Positions 8,715 to 17,508 of a stretch of 64,000 nt of DNA are shown piece by piece. The notes below the pieces were generated by a model. That model saw only the letters and a program-made list of their open reading frames with translations, searched no databases and was not told the origin of the DNA. The position numbers were made by a program, and so were the translations under genes. How positions within the stretch are numbered: the stretch's first letter is position 1; every line of letters begins with the position of its first letter. The stretch covers positions 1 through 64,000 of IMG/VR virus record IMGVR_UViG_3300032053_000032; one strand, given 5' to 3'. Source of the DNA: a virus.

Positions 8715-10115
8715 GTGGCAGATTTCAGCACGATCCTTCAGTCCCCAGACATCCGCGCCATCGTTCAGGATGGCTTCCTGGAGCGCGCCTTCCACGACGG
8801 CCTCTTCCCCAAGATGCTGTTTCGTGGAGAGGCGACTCCGGTCCTCTGGCCCGCTCACGCCGGTGACAGCGCGATCTTCACGGGCGTCGCTCCCGTGAAG
8901 AAGAAGATGAAGCCGATCGTGCCTGGGCAGGACCCCGGCGCTTCCGACTACCAGAAGGAGCAGTGGACCGCTGTCCTGCAGACGTACGGCGACTCCATCC
9001 CGACGCACATGCCGTCGTCGCTCGTCGCCATCGCGTCGCTGTTCCTCCGCAACGCTCAGCAGCTCGGCCTCGGCGCCGCGCGCACGCTGAACTCGCACGT
9101 CCGCAACCGCCTCTACAACGCGGGGCAGTCCGGCTGGACCGTTGCCGACGGCGCGCAGGTCGCGGTGACGGTGCTCCGCGTGAAGCGCCTCAACGGCTTC
9201 ACCACGGCGCGCCAGACGGGTGCGAACGCCACCGTTCGCTACGATCTCGTTTCTGCGGCGAACCCGCTCGCAGTCCTCATCTTCAACACGGGCACGGGCC
9301 TGGAGCAGTCGGTCAACGTCATCGGCTTCACCGCCGACAACTCGGGCGATCAGACCGGCCCCGGCACGATCACCGTGGACGCGGCCGTCACCGTGTCGAA
9401 CCGCGACTACGTGATCTCCGTCGATCGCACGTTCCTGGTGCGCGTCGGCGGTGGCAACAAGGTCGACTCGATCACCTCGGCCTCGCTCCTCAAGCTCGCC
9501 GACCTCCGCTCGGGCGTGTCGCGCCTTCAGCAGGAGAACGTCCCGGAGCACCCGGATGGGTACTTCCACTGCCACCTCGACCCCACGTCGCAGGCGCAGG
9601 TCTTCAACGACGCTGAGTGGCAGCGCCTGCTCACGTCGATGCCCGATGGCTTCCAGTACAAGTCGCTGGCGATCGGCCAGCTCCTTGGCGCGGTCTACTT
9701 CCGCAACTCGGAGTGCCCGCAGATCGAGACGATCGACCCGAACGACGGCGTCACCTTCTCGCTCGACGACAACTTCGCGGGCGAGCTGACCGCGAACGGC
9801 CTCGCGTCCGGCGTCAAGGTGCACCGCCCGCTGTTCACCGCGCAGGGCGGGATCATGGAGTACTACCAGGACCTCGGCGCCCTCATCACCGATGCGGGCA
9901 TCAACGGCAAGGTCGGGCAGTTCCAGATCACGAACAACGGCATCGAGGTCATGAGCGACCGTGTTCAGCTCATCATCCGCGCGCCGCTCAACAAGTTCCA
10001 GGACACGGTCGACACGACCTACAAGTTCCAGGGCGACTGGCCGGTCCGCACGGACTCGACGACCGGCGACGCGGCTCGCTACAAGCGCCAGCTCGTCATC
10101 GAACATGGGGCATGA
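8715..10115 (+). CDS. major capsid protein
   Basis: 466 aa, GGAGG RBS, strongest codon bias in the window, follows scaffold, followed by a terminator; C-terminal PLNKFQDTVDTTYKF resembles HK97-fold P-domain ends. Confidence 0.8.
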   Translation: MADFSTILQSPDIRAIVQDGFLERAFHDGLFPKMLFRGEATPVLWPAHAGDSAIFTGVAPVKKKMKPIVPGQDPGASDYQKEQWTAVLQTYGDSIPTHMPSSLVAIASLFLRNAQQLGLGAARTLNSHVRNRLYNAGQSGWTVADGAQVAVTVLRVKRLNGFTTARQTGANATVRYDLVSAANPLAVLIFNTGTGLEQSVNVIGFTADNSGDQTGPGTITVDAAVTVSNRDYVISVDRTFLVRVGGGNKVDSITSASLLKLADLRSGVSRLQQENVPEHPDGYFHCHLDPTSQAQVFNDAEWQRLLTSMPDGFQYKSLAIGQLLGAVYFRNSECPQIETIDPNDGVTFSLDDNFAGELTANGLASGVKVHRPLFTAQGGIMEYYQDLGALITDAGINGKVGQFQITNNGIEVMSDRVQLIIRAPLNKFQDTVDTTYKFQGDWPVRTDSTTGDAARYKRQLVIEHGA

Positions 10116-10133
10116 TTAAAGCGTTTTCTTACT

Positions 10134-10165
10134 AAGAAGCCCGCCAAGTGCGGGCTTCTTGCTTT
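10134..10165 (+). terminator. intrinsic terminator after major capsid gene
   Basis: AAGAAGCCCGC-CAAGT-GCGGGCTTCTT hairpin followed by T-rich bases. Confidence 0.75.
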
Positions 10166-10187
10166 CAGCCTTATCGCCTTGTAGACT
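10159..10187 (+). promoter_or_regulatory. sigma70-type promoter upstream of the structured non-coding region
   Basis: TTGCTT(10159)-N17-TAGACT(10182). Confidence 0.55.
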
Positions 10188-10194
10188 CGATCCC

Positions 10195-10590
10195 ACTTGA
10201 ACCTTCATCTTCAAAGTTCGACCGTGCGTGTCACGGTTGACATGGGCAGCGGACCCGGTTTTACCGGACCATCACGACGGATCCACGATGTGGAGCCGCG
10301 GCTGCCCCCCAGTCTGTGTGGGGACCCTCGTCGGTGCCTGCAACATCAACAGACTGGTATCGAGCCTTCGGGCTCAACCCGAAAGACCACACCTACGCTT
10401 GTCGGACGGCGTGGTCTTTCACCCCGGCTGCTGTTCTTCGGAACAAGGGTCACATGTTCGTCGTCGCTGATACGTCAGCACCGCGCTTGTCGCGTTTCGA
10501 CGTCCCGACCTGAGACGGAGCGACCGTATTACGGCAACCCTACGGACGGGTAGTCCGGTAAGCCGTCGTCATCGCTCCGTCTCGCGCCAC
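10195..10590 (+). ncRNA. candidate large structured ncRNA or long structured leader
   Basis: About 400 nt without a convincing ORF; many stems including two C(UUCG)G tetraloop hairpins (10362-10375, 10432-10445), a 10-bp stem (10381-10390/10411-10420) and a 12-bp stem (10512-10523/10572-10583). Confidence 0.55.
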
Positions 10591-10610
10591 CTTTTGAAAG
10601 TAGGAGCTTC

Positions 10611-10916
10611 ATGGCCATCAAGTCGACCGACCCCCTGGAAGCCGCCAAGATCAACGCTCAAGGAGAGCCTGCGCGCCCACGGGTCAAGGCAGAGACGCCG
10701 AAGGTCATCGTCCCGGCGAAGATCTCTCGTATCGGTCCTGAGGTTCCTGAGACGTTCCAGAGGTACTACCGCTGCGTGAACGGCGGGCACATGTCCTGGA
10801 GCGGATCCGTGACGCACGTCCACCCGAACCAGATTCTGGATATGACCTGCTACGGCCCCGGCGCGCTCGACATGTTCCGCACCGCCGGCTTCGTACTGGA
10901 GCCCGTCACCAAGTAG
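10611..10916 (+). CDS. hypothetical protein (head-tail region)
   Basis: 101 aa, AGGAG RBS. Confidence 0.7.
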   Translation: MAIKSTDPLEAAKINAQGEPARPRVKAETPKVIVPAKISRIGPEVPETFQRYYRCVNGGHMSWSGSVTHVHPNQILDMTCYGPGALDMFRTAGFVLEPVTK

Positions 10917-10933
10917 TCGGAAGGAGGTAGCTG

Positions 10934-11335
10934 ATGGCGTTCGACGACGCGACGAAGGAACGCATCCGCTACCACCTGGGCTACATGAACGTCCAGGTCG
11001 GATCTGGCCTGTCGTTCGGCCTCCCCATCCCGATCCAGACACTGTTTGTCGTCGACTTCGCGATGAACCGCATGATCGCCGCGGGCGAGCCGCGCGTCAT
11101 CCAGATCCTCGACGTCATGGATAAGATCGAGTGCCGACTCATCGAGTCGACGACGCGTCTTGCCGCATCTTCTCTCGGCGACCTGAAGCTCCGCGACGAC
11201 GAGCCGGATAAGCTGGAGCGTGAGTACTGCCGCTGGGGCATGCGCCTCGCCGGGCAGCTTGGATGCCCCATCTACGCGTACTCCGAGCGGTACGCGAAGT
11301 ACTCACGGGGTGGCAACATCCCCGTGCAGAGGTAG
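10934..11335 (+). CDS. putative head-tail adaptor
   Basis: 133 aa, helical, AAGGAGG RBS, synteny after capsid. Confidence 0.55.
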   Translation: MAFDDATKERIRYHLGYMNVQVGSGLSFGLPIPIQTLFVVDFAMNRMIAAGEPRVIQILDVMDKIECRLIESTTRLAASSLGDLKLRDDEPDKLEREYCRWGMRLAGQLGCPIYAYSERYAKYSRGGNIPVQR

Positions 11336-11338
11336 CAG

Positions 11339-11902
11339 ATGAGCTGCTCATGCTCAGGGACTTGCGCGTGCGGACCGCAGAAGTTCACGCGGTTCACCGA
11401 CATGCAGTTCAAGGGCACGCTCGGGCAGAGCCTGATCGGCGTGGCTGACGGCGCGCGCGACCTGTTCACGCAGTTCGGTCTGCGCCCCTACGTAGTTCGG
11501 ATGATCCGCACGCGCTGGACCGGTGACCCTCGCGGGGATGGCAACGAGTACGTCGAGCACATCCGCGACCTGCTCCCCACCCCGAAGCTTGTCGACATGT
11601 CCAGCCTGTCGGAGGTGGTGCTCGCCATTGGTACCGACGAGACGGGCTCCGTGATGCTGACGGAGATCTCCGGGCGCTACACCGAGGACGAGCTGCGCGG
11701 TCTTGACCCCGACGGGACCCCGGTGGAGAGCAACTCCCAGGTCTACTTCGAGATCGAGTTCCCGAAGCCAAGCGGAGGGCTCAGCGAGCACCGGCGCTTC
11801 ACGCTCGCGGGCGCACCATCGTACATGGCGGACAAGTTCCAGTGGCAGATTCGCCTCGAACGGCAGCGGCCCGCGCGCGACCGCCAAGGGTACCCGCGCT
11901 GA
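11339..11902 (+). CDS. putative head closure / stopper protein
   Basis: 187 aa, beta-rich, synteny. Confidence 0.5.
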   Translation: MSCSCSGTCACGPQKFTRFTDMQFKGTLGQSLIGVADGARDLFTQFGLRPYVVRMIRTRWTGDPRGDGNEYVEHIRDLLPTPKLVDMSSLSEVVLAIGTDETGSVMLTEISGRYTEDELRGLDPDGTPVESNSQVYFEIEFPKPSGGLSEHRRFTLAGAPSYMADKFQWQIRLERQRPARDRQGYPR

Positions 11903-12384
11903 TGCCGACCATGAAGCTTACCGGAGCAGAGTTCGTGAAGCGGTGGAAAGGGATCGCTGCCGGTCGGGCGAACGCCGCTGTCTTCCGCGGTATGGTGGCT
12001 GGAGCGCAGCGTGCCGTGTCGATTCTTCAGACCGCCACCACGCAGGCGAGGGCCATCGACACGGGCGCGTACCGGCAGGCGTGGCGCGCGACCATCTCAG
12101 GGCAGAACGTGTCCGTTTCCAACGGCCGGCCATACGCGGGGGTGATCGAATACGGGCGCCGGCCCGAATCGAGGCGTCCACCATCCGACGTCATCGCCCG
12201 GTGGGCTCAGCGCAAGCTCGGGCTCACTCGTGTCGAAGCTCAGCGGGCAGCCTTTCCTATCGCGCGCGCCATCGCCCGGCGTGGCATCCGCGGGAAGTTC
12301 ATCGCGCGCTCGTCCGCGGAGCAGGTCATGAAGGTGACTCGCGAGGCCATCCAGACTGCTATGGATGCGGAGCTTGCCCGATGA
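11902..12384 (+). CDS. neck protein (HK97 gp10-like)
   Basis: AIDTGAYRQAW...YAGVIEYG motif; TGATG-coupled start at 11902. Confidence 0.7.
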   Translation: MPTMKLTGAEFVKRWKGIAAGRANAAVFRGMVAGAQRAVSILQTATTQARAIDTGAYRQAWRATISGQNVSVSNGRPYAGVIEYGRRPESRRPPSDVIARWAQRKLGLTRVEAQRAAFPIARAIARRGIRGKFIARSSAEQVMKVTREAIQTAMDAELAR

Positions 12385-13067
12385 ACTGCTTCGGTCCTAC
12401 CAAGGTACTTCCGCCTGGCGCACCGCTACCCGGAAGTCCATCTCCTGGTCAGGTAGGTGGATCTACCCTTGTGAAGCTCGGTGTAAAGCAGGTGCTCACG
12501 ACGAACCGGGAAACGGACGCACGCACGGCCATCACCCGAGGCCTCCGTGAGTACCTGGAAAGCCTCTCGATCGACGTCGGGGGACGTGACATACGGTTCC
12601 AGCGTGTCTTCGAGGACTGGCCAGAACCTGAAGATGTCGCGGTGTACCCGTCCGCGCTGGTTCATACCCCTTCCGAGGCCACGTACGACGCGAGCAAGTT
12701 CTCGCCGTCCGTGACCAGAACGCAAGACGGCGGCGCCATCTCCTCAGCGAGTGAGATGCAGGTAGACCTGACTGTAGAGGCGTGGGCGACGGACCCTCTC
12801 GAACGAGCAGCTATCATGGCGATGCTTGAAGATGCCTTCAACCCGCCAGTTCACGCTCGCTCTGGGCTCATTCTTGAGCTGCCCCACTACTTCTCGGCCC
12901 GCGCCACATATGAGCCCATGGGCGTGTCGTACGTGAACTCCGAAGAGGAGGCGCAGCGCAGGATCCGTCGTGTACAGGTTCGGCTCCGTGCGCACCTGCC
13001 CATACTTCGGGTGGTTCAGTTCCCGGATGCCCGCCCGTTCGTCAAGGTGGAAGTGGTAGAGTCGTGA
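12381..13067 (+). CDS. putative tail terminator / completion protein
   Basis: Start at ATG 12381 overlapping the previous stop (ATGA); YPS motif; immediately before sheath. Confidence 0.55.
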   Translation: MNCFGPTKVLPPGAPLPGSPSPGQVGGSTLVKLGVKQVLTTNRETDARTAITRGLREYLESLSIDVGGRDIRFQRVFEDWPEPEDVAVYPSALVHTPSEATYDASKFSPSVTRTQDGGAISSASEMQVDLTVEAWATDPLERAAIMAMLEDAFNPPVHARSGLILELPHYFSARATYEPMGVSYVNSEEEAQRRIRRVQVRLRAHLPILRVVQFPDARPFVKVEVVES

Positions 13068-13114
13068 TGCAGCGGCACCACCAAACGTGTAGGATTCGCA
13101 GCGGAGGATAGAAG

Positions 13115-15367
13115 ATGCCTGGTTTCATCCGGAGATTCACGACGATCCCCACTCGCCAAGTCCTCACGGCTATCGAGGGCGTGAACATCATCGATCTGCC
13201 GCCGCCAGGCAGCATCCAGGGCGTGGGCACTGGCACTGCTGGCCTGGTGGGCGAGTTCGCTGACATGACGCTTGGCGTGCAGGTGTCCCCGGCTGGCCTG
13301 ATCACGACCAAGCCGCGGCCGTCCCAGATCACATCCAGCAAGGACCTGACCGACAAGCTCGGCGGGTTCGACGAGACGCTGGGCGAGTTCGGTGGCGACT
13401 GCGGTAACGGTTTCGTCGAGCTGCGAAACAAGAGCTTCGCCGCGCTCGTCGCGGTGCCGATCAACCTCTGCTCCTCCAAGGGCACCCGCGTCTGGCGCAA
13501 GCTCCCCGGCAACACGTCCGCGGTGCTCCCGACCCCGGTCGTCCCGATGCAGGCTGCGGGCGTCCTCGCCGGGCGCGAGTTCAAGACCGGAACCGACAAG
13601 GCGCGCCTCGCCGGCCCCGTCAATTTCTCCGGTGGCAACTCCTACGAGTCGGGCGTCGATGGAGTTGCAGCCCCGGCAGGGCTCCCGGCGACGTCGCAGA
13701 ACTTCGCGTCCGCCACGGGCAACTTCCTGCTGACCGGCGTGAAGAAGGGCGACGCGATCGTCATCGATGTCGTTCCGACGAACACCACGACCGTCACCGA
13801 CAACCCGCTCCTCATCGGCGCGGTGACCGCCAACGTCGGCTCTACCACCGGCTTCCCGACCGCGGGCACGATCAAGATCGACAGCGAGCTGATCGACTAC
13901 ACCGGCAAGACGGCCACGAGCTTCACCGGGCTCACGCGCGGCACGCACGGCACCGCTGCCGCTGCCCACGTTCTCGGCTCGGCCGTCTCGCTCATCAACG
14001 ACGCCGACACCTACCGCGTCCGCGCGGTGGTCGACGCGACGAACCTGACGATCGAGAAGCAGGACGGCACCAACTTCACGATCGCCAACTGGCTCGCGGC
14101 CGTGGCGCTCCCGTGGCGCCTCCACGTCGCGGCCGACGCCGACTCGGGCGGGAACACCATCCTGTCCGACGCCGCCGGGTACGTGGTCCCGACCCGCCCC
14201 CTCACCAACGGTGCAGGCCTCTCGACTGCCGACGGCACCATCCCGGCCTCGACGCTTCTCACCCCGACGATCATCCCGCCCGCGCTCACTGGCACGACCT
14301 GGGATTCCCTCTCGGGCCTTCAGGCGATCACGGACCCGGTTACCGGGCTCTTGTTCGCGTTCGCTGTTCAGGCCCCGAACGCCCCGAACAGCGCTGCGCT
14401 CGACGTGCTCTACGGGCTCGCGATCGATTCGTTCCTCGGCGACGACGAGCCGGTCCACAGCGTCACCACGCTCTGGTCGGCCCGCAAGGCGAACGCGGGC
14501 GTGAGCGGCATCGCCTCGAAGCTCAAGCAGCATGCCCTCGACGCCTCCGCGCGCGGGCGCGGGCGCGTGGTCTGCATCTCCCCCAACCTGGACATGCTTA
14601 CCGAGTCGATCGCGATCGGGAACGCGGTGCCCGGCGTTGGCGCGAACCGCGATGAGTCGGTCTTCTACGAGTGGCCCGGCATCATCACGAGCGTCCCGGA
14701 GGCCGTCCCGTTCGCGCTGAAGTTGGCCGACGGGTTCACCACGAGTGACAGCGACCCGAACCACCTGTCGGGCATCCTCGACACCGGCTCCGACGGCTGG
14801 ATGGCGAGCATCCTGTCGAACCTCGCCGCCGAGAAGAACCCCGGCCAGAGCAGCCCGCCCATCCCGCAGGTCATGGCCGCCGCGCTCGGGATCCAGCACG
14901 GCGTGACCGGGCTCGGGCTCCCTGACTACACGCTGTTCCGGCAGTTCGGTGTCTGTGCGCCGAAGTTCGACCCGGCCGCGGGCGTCCTTGGATTCCAGTC
15001 CGGGATCACGAGCAGCCTGATCGCGGGGCAGAAGAACATCAACCGCCGCCGCCTCGCGAACGAGATCGAGGACAGCCTCGCGCTCGCAGTGCTCCAGTTC
15101 GCGAAGCAGCTCCTCACCGAGAACCTGAAGGACGCGATCGTGTCCGAGACGGTCGCGTACCTCACCGACCTTCAGCAGCCGAACAACCAGGCCGCCTCGC
15201 GCATCTCGGGCTACCTCGTGGACCGCAACTCGGGGAACACGGCCGACCAGCTTGACGCCGGCATCTACGTCGTGATCGTCAAGGTCCGCTCGTACGCCAC
15301 CGCGGACTTCATCACCTTCCAGGTGAGCGTCGGCGAGTCGGTCAACGTGACCACGCTCGCCGCGTAG
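13115..15367 (+). CDS. contractile tail sheath protein
   Basis: 750 aa; N-terminal EGVNIIDLPPPGSIQGVGTGTAGLVGEF, C-terminal NINRRRLANEI...NTADQLDAG...ADFITF typical of sheaths; internal inserted domains. Confidence 0.85.
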   Translation: MPGFIRRFTTIPTRQVLTAIEGVNIIDLPPPGSIQGVGTGTAGLVGEFADMTLGVQVSPAGLITTKPRPSQITSSKDLTDKLGGFDETLGEFGGDCGNGFVELRNKSFAALVAVPINLCSSKGTRVWRKLPGNTSAVLPTPVVPMQAAGVLAGREFKTGTDKARLAGPVNFSGGNSYESGVDGVAAPAGLPATSQNFASATGNFLLTGVKKGDAIVIDVVPTNTTTVTDNPLLIGAVTANVGSTTGFPTAGTIKIDSELIDYTGKTATSFTGLTRGTHGTAAAAHVLGSAVSLINDADTYRVRAVVDATNLTIEKQDGTNFTIANWLAAVALPWRLHVAADADSGGNTILSDAAGYVVPTRPLTNGAGLSTADGTIPASTLLTPTIIPPALTGTTWDSLSGLQAITDPVTGLLFAFAVQAPNAPNSAALDVLYGLAIDSFLGDDEPVHSVTTLWSARKANAGVSGIASKLKQHALDASARGRGRVVCISPNLDMLTESIAIGNAVPGVGANRDESVFYEWPGIITSVPEAVPFALKLADGFTTSDSDPNHLSGILDTGSDGWMASILSNLAAEKNPGQSSPPIPQVMAAALGIQHGVTGLGLPDYTLFRQFGVCAPKFDPAAGVLGFQSGITSSLIAGQKNINRRRLANEIEDSLALAVLQFAKQLLTENLKDAIVSETVAYLTDLQQPNNQAASRISGYLVDRNSGNTADQLDAGIYVVIVKVRSYATADFITFQVSVGESVNVTTLAA

Positions 15368-15373
15368 TTTCCT

Positions 15374-16285
15374 ATGTCTCAATCTGATCTTAACGCTATG
15401 CGGAAGGTGCGTATCGCACAACGCAAGCGTCGGGCTATAGCAGAGGCTGACGCTGAGCGTAAGAAACGTGCCGAGACGTCTGGTGCGAAATCGACAGAAG
15501 TTCCCAAAACGAAGGTGGCAGAATCTCCCAAAGTTGAAGAGCCATCAACTGGCTCTCAGCATCGTTCTACTGCCCCGCTCGATGAGCGGGATCGGCTCCC
15601 GGCTGGGGCCGACGAGCGAGATAAACGCCGACTTGGTGCAAAGCTAACATCCGAAAAGTCAGGATCTTCCTCTTCCTCAGGTTCGTCTGAAACGTTGTCC
15701 CAGAAGCTCGAGCGCGGTGCTCGTGAACTAAAAGGGCCAGTGATTGGAACGCCTGGAGGCACTCTTCACACCATGTTGGAAGGTGCTAAAGATCCCAGTG
15801 TCGACAAGCATCTCTACACCGCTGATAATGTTCGGAAAAACACACCAGGTGTGCGTGAATCACGAGATCTAGTAGAAATCTCACACTTCCACAAAGCGGT
15901 AGCGGATCAGCTTCGCCATCAGGCAAGTGCTGGACGTCTCAAGTACCCGGAGAAGGAACTAAAGAACGCTGAGGCGCACGAAAGGTTAGCCGGGGCGTAC
16001 GAGCAAGAGGCCAAGAAAGATCCTGCTCAGTACAGAGTGAGTCAGCACACGCATCTCGAGCGGCAGACTGCGATTCACAAAAAGGTTGCAGATGCCGATC
16101 AGGTGCACGCTGATAAATACAAGACCATGGCGGCCGAAGAAGCCTCACCGGAGCACAAAAAGCTGCTTCAAGACGTCGCTGCCCGGCACCAGAAAACCGC
16201 TAACCAGTCGAAGGCCATCGTGGAACATCACCAGCGGGTAGCTGACGAGTACAAGCGTGACGCCGGCGGGAAGTTCTCGTCTTGA
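15374..16285 (+). CDS. lower-GC charged/His-rich protein ending in RDAGGKFSS, inserted between sheath and tube
   Basis: 303 aa; atypical codon usage; C-terminal motif shared with 669-1358. Confidence 0.6.
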   Translation: MSQSDLNAMRKVRIAQRKRRAIAEADAERKKRAETSGAKSTEVPKTKVAESPKVEEPSTGSQHRSTAPLDERDRLPAGADERDKRRLGAKLTSEKSGSSSSSGSSETLSQKLERGARELKGPVIGTPGGTLHTMLEGAKDPSVDKHLYTADNVRKNTPGVRESRDLVEISHFHKAVADQLRHQASAGRLKYPEKELKNAEAHERLAGAYEQEAKKDPAQYRVSQHTHLERQTAIHKKVADADQVHADKYKTMAAEEASPEHKKLLQDVAARHQKTANQSKAIVEHHQRVADEYKRDAGGKFSS

Positions 16286-16340
16286 CGCGACCCGTCCCCC
16301 AGCGTAGCCTTTCCTTGTAGCCGCACCTCCTTGGAGGGAT

Positions 16341-16393
16341 AGGGCTCACTCCTGCAGTCTGGTAGCTGCGCGGGTGGGCCCTTTCTCTTTTTT
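16341..16393 (+). terminator. intrinsic terminator-like hairpin upstream of tail tube gene
   Basis: AGGGCTCACT...GGGTGGGCCCT stem followed by TTCTCTTTTTT. Confidence 0.6.
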
Positions 16394-16419
16394 GGTCCGG
16401 CAAGAAAGGCTTCCCACCG

Positions 16420-16854
16420 ATGGCTTCCGGCAGACTCCTCGGCCTCAACGCGCAGCTCCTCCTCATCGTGAAGGGGCAGCAGCTCGACACCATCACCGAC
16501 GTCCGCTCGTTCGAGATGACCGCCGAGCTGGAGATCCTCAAGGAAGGGTACCTCGGCGAGTCGACCGACCGGCGCGACGACATCTACCGCGGCGTCAGCG
16601 GGAAGCTCTCGCTCCACATCGAGAACGAGGACATCTTCACGCTCATGCGCGCCGTGGTCGACCGCGCGCGCCGCCGCGAGGCGGGGACGAAGGTCAACAT
16701 CAAGGCCAAGCTCGACTTCCCCAACGGGGACAACCCCATGATCCTCATCCCCGACGTCAAGTTCGGGGCGATCCCGTTCACGCTGGGAGGCCGCACCGAG
16801 TACGCCACGGTGGACCTGTCCTTCGAGTCGGAAGACTTTAGCGTCGTCGGTTAA
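16420..16854 (+). CDS. tail tube protein
   Basis: 144 aa, beta-rich, between sheath and chaperone. Confidence 0.7.
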   Translation: MASGRLLGLNAQLLLIVKGQQLDTITDVRSFEMTAELEILKEGYLGESTDRRDDIYRGVSGKLSLHIENEDIFTLMRAVVDRARRREAGTKVNIKAKLDFPNGDNPMILIPDVKFGAIPFTLGGRTEYATVDLSFESEDFSVVG

Positions 16855-16894
16855 CACAGCAACACAGTAAGCCCAACCCCAAGGAGGGCATCTC

Positions 16895-17275
16895 GTGCAA
16901 GACATCGTCGAAAAAAGGCTCGCAGCGCTCAAGCGCGACCGTGAAGTTCACACGTTCGAGATCCCGCCCGGCATGTGCGGCCCCGAGTACAAGTCCGTCT
17001 CGCTCCTGGAGCTGACCGCCGATGAGGAACTCCTCGCCGCGAAGCGTTCCAAGGATTCGAGCGGCGCGCTTCGCCTCGGCTACGAGCTGGCCAAGCAGTC
17101 CCTCTGCGAGGTGAACGAGCAGCCCGTCTCGCTGAACGACGGGACCGCCGACCGCGCGTGGAACCACATGCCGCCAAAGGTGCGCAGCCTGGTTGTCCAG
17201 GCGTACGCCGAGCTTCACTCGCCGCCGGAGGAAGCGACCGACGCTTTTCTCAAAAGCCGCCAGGTGCGCGTGTAG
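16895..17275 (+). CDS. tail assembly chaperone (G-like)
   Basis: AAGGAGG RBS; LELTADEELLAA motif; directly before tape measure. Confidence 0.7.
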   Translation: MQDIVEKRLAALKRDREVHTFEIPPGMCGPEYKSVSLLELTADEELLAAKRSKDSSGALRLGYELAKQSLCEVNEQPVSLNDGTADRAWNHMPPKVRSLVVQAYAELHSPPEEATDAFLKSRQVRV

Positions 17276-17508
17276 CACACCTCAGCCTTGCGGTGTTCGT
17301 GGCTTCGCGACCATCACCACAGGAGGCTGAGCGGGACATCTGGCGGACGATCGCGTTTCTCGGGCGGCACGCCGGGCAGCCGGCCAACGTGGTGAAGGGC
17401 TTGACCATGCGGGAAGCGTTCATCTTGGTGGAGGAAACCTGCTCACTCCTTGAGCAGGAAAAGGGAGATGGAAGTGGACGCGCAGGTCGCGCGGGAGGAG
17501 CCTGGTAG
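17245..17508 (+). CDS. tail chaperone T-like extension, probably reached by -1 frameshift
   Basis: The -1 frame is protein-like (DIWRTIAFLGRHAGQP...LTMREAFIL) and fills the gap up to the tape measure start; T-TTT-C/AAAA run at 17245-17255. Confidence 0.5.
   Translation, partial: FSQKPPGARVAHLSLAVFVASRPSPQEAERDIWRTIAFLGRHAGQPANVVKGLTMREAFILVEETCSLLEQEKGDGSGRAGRAGGAW

Noticed and set aside
10512-10583. Possible self-cleaving ribozyme (hammerhead or HDV-like) within the structured region
   Set aside because: Complete catalytic core motifs could not be placed by eye; needs a covariance-model search
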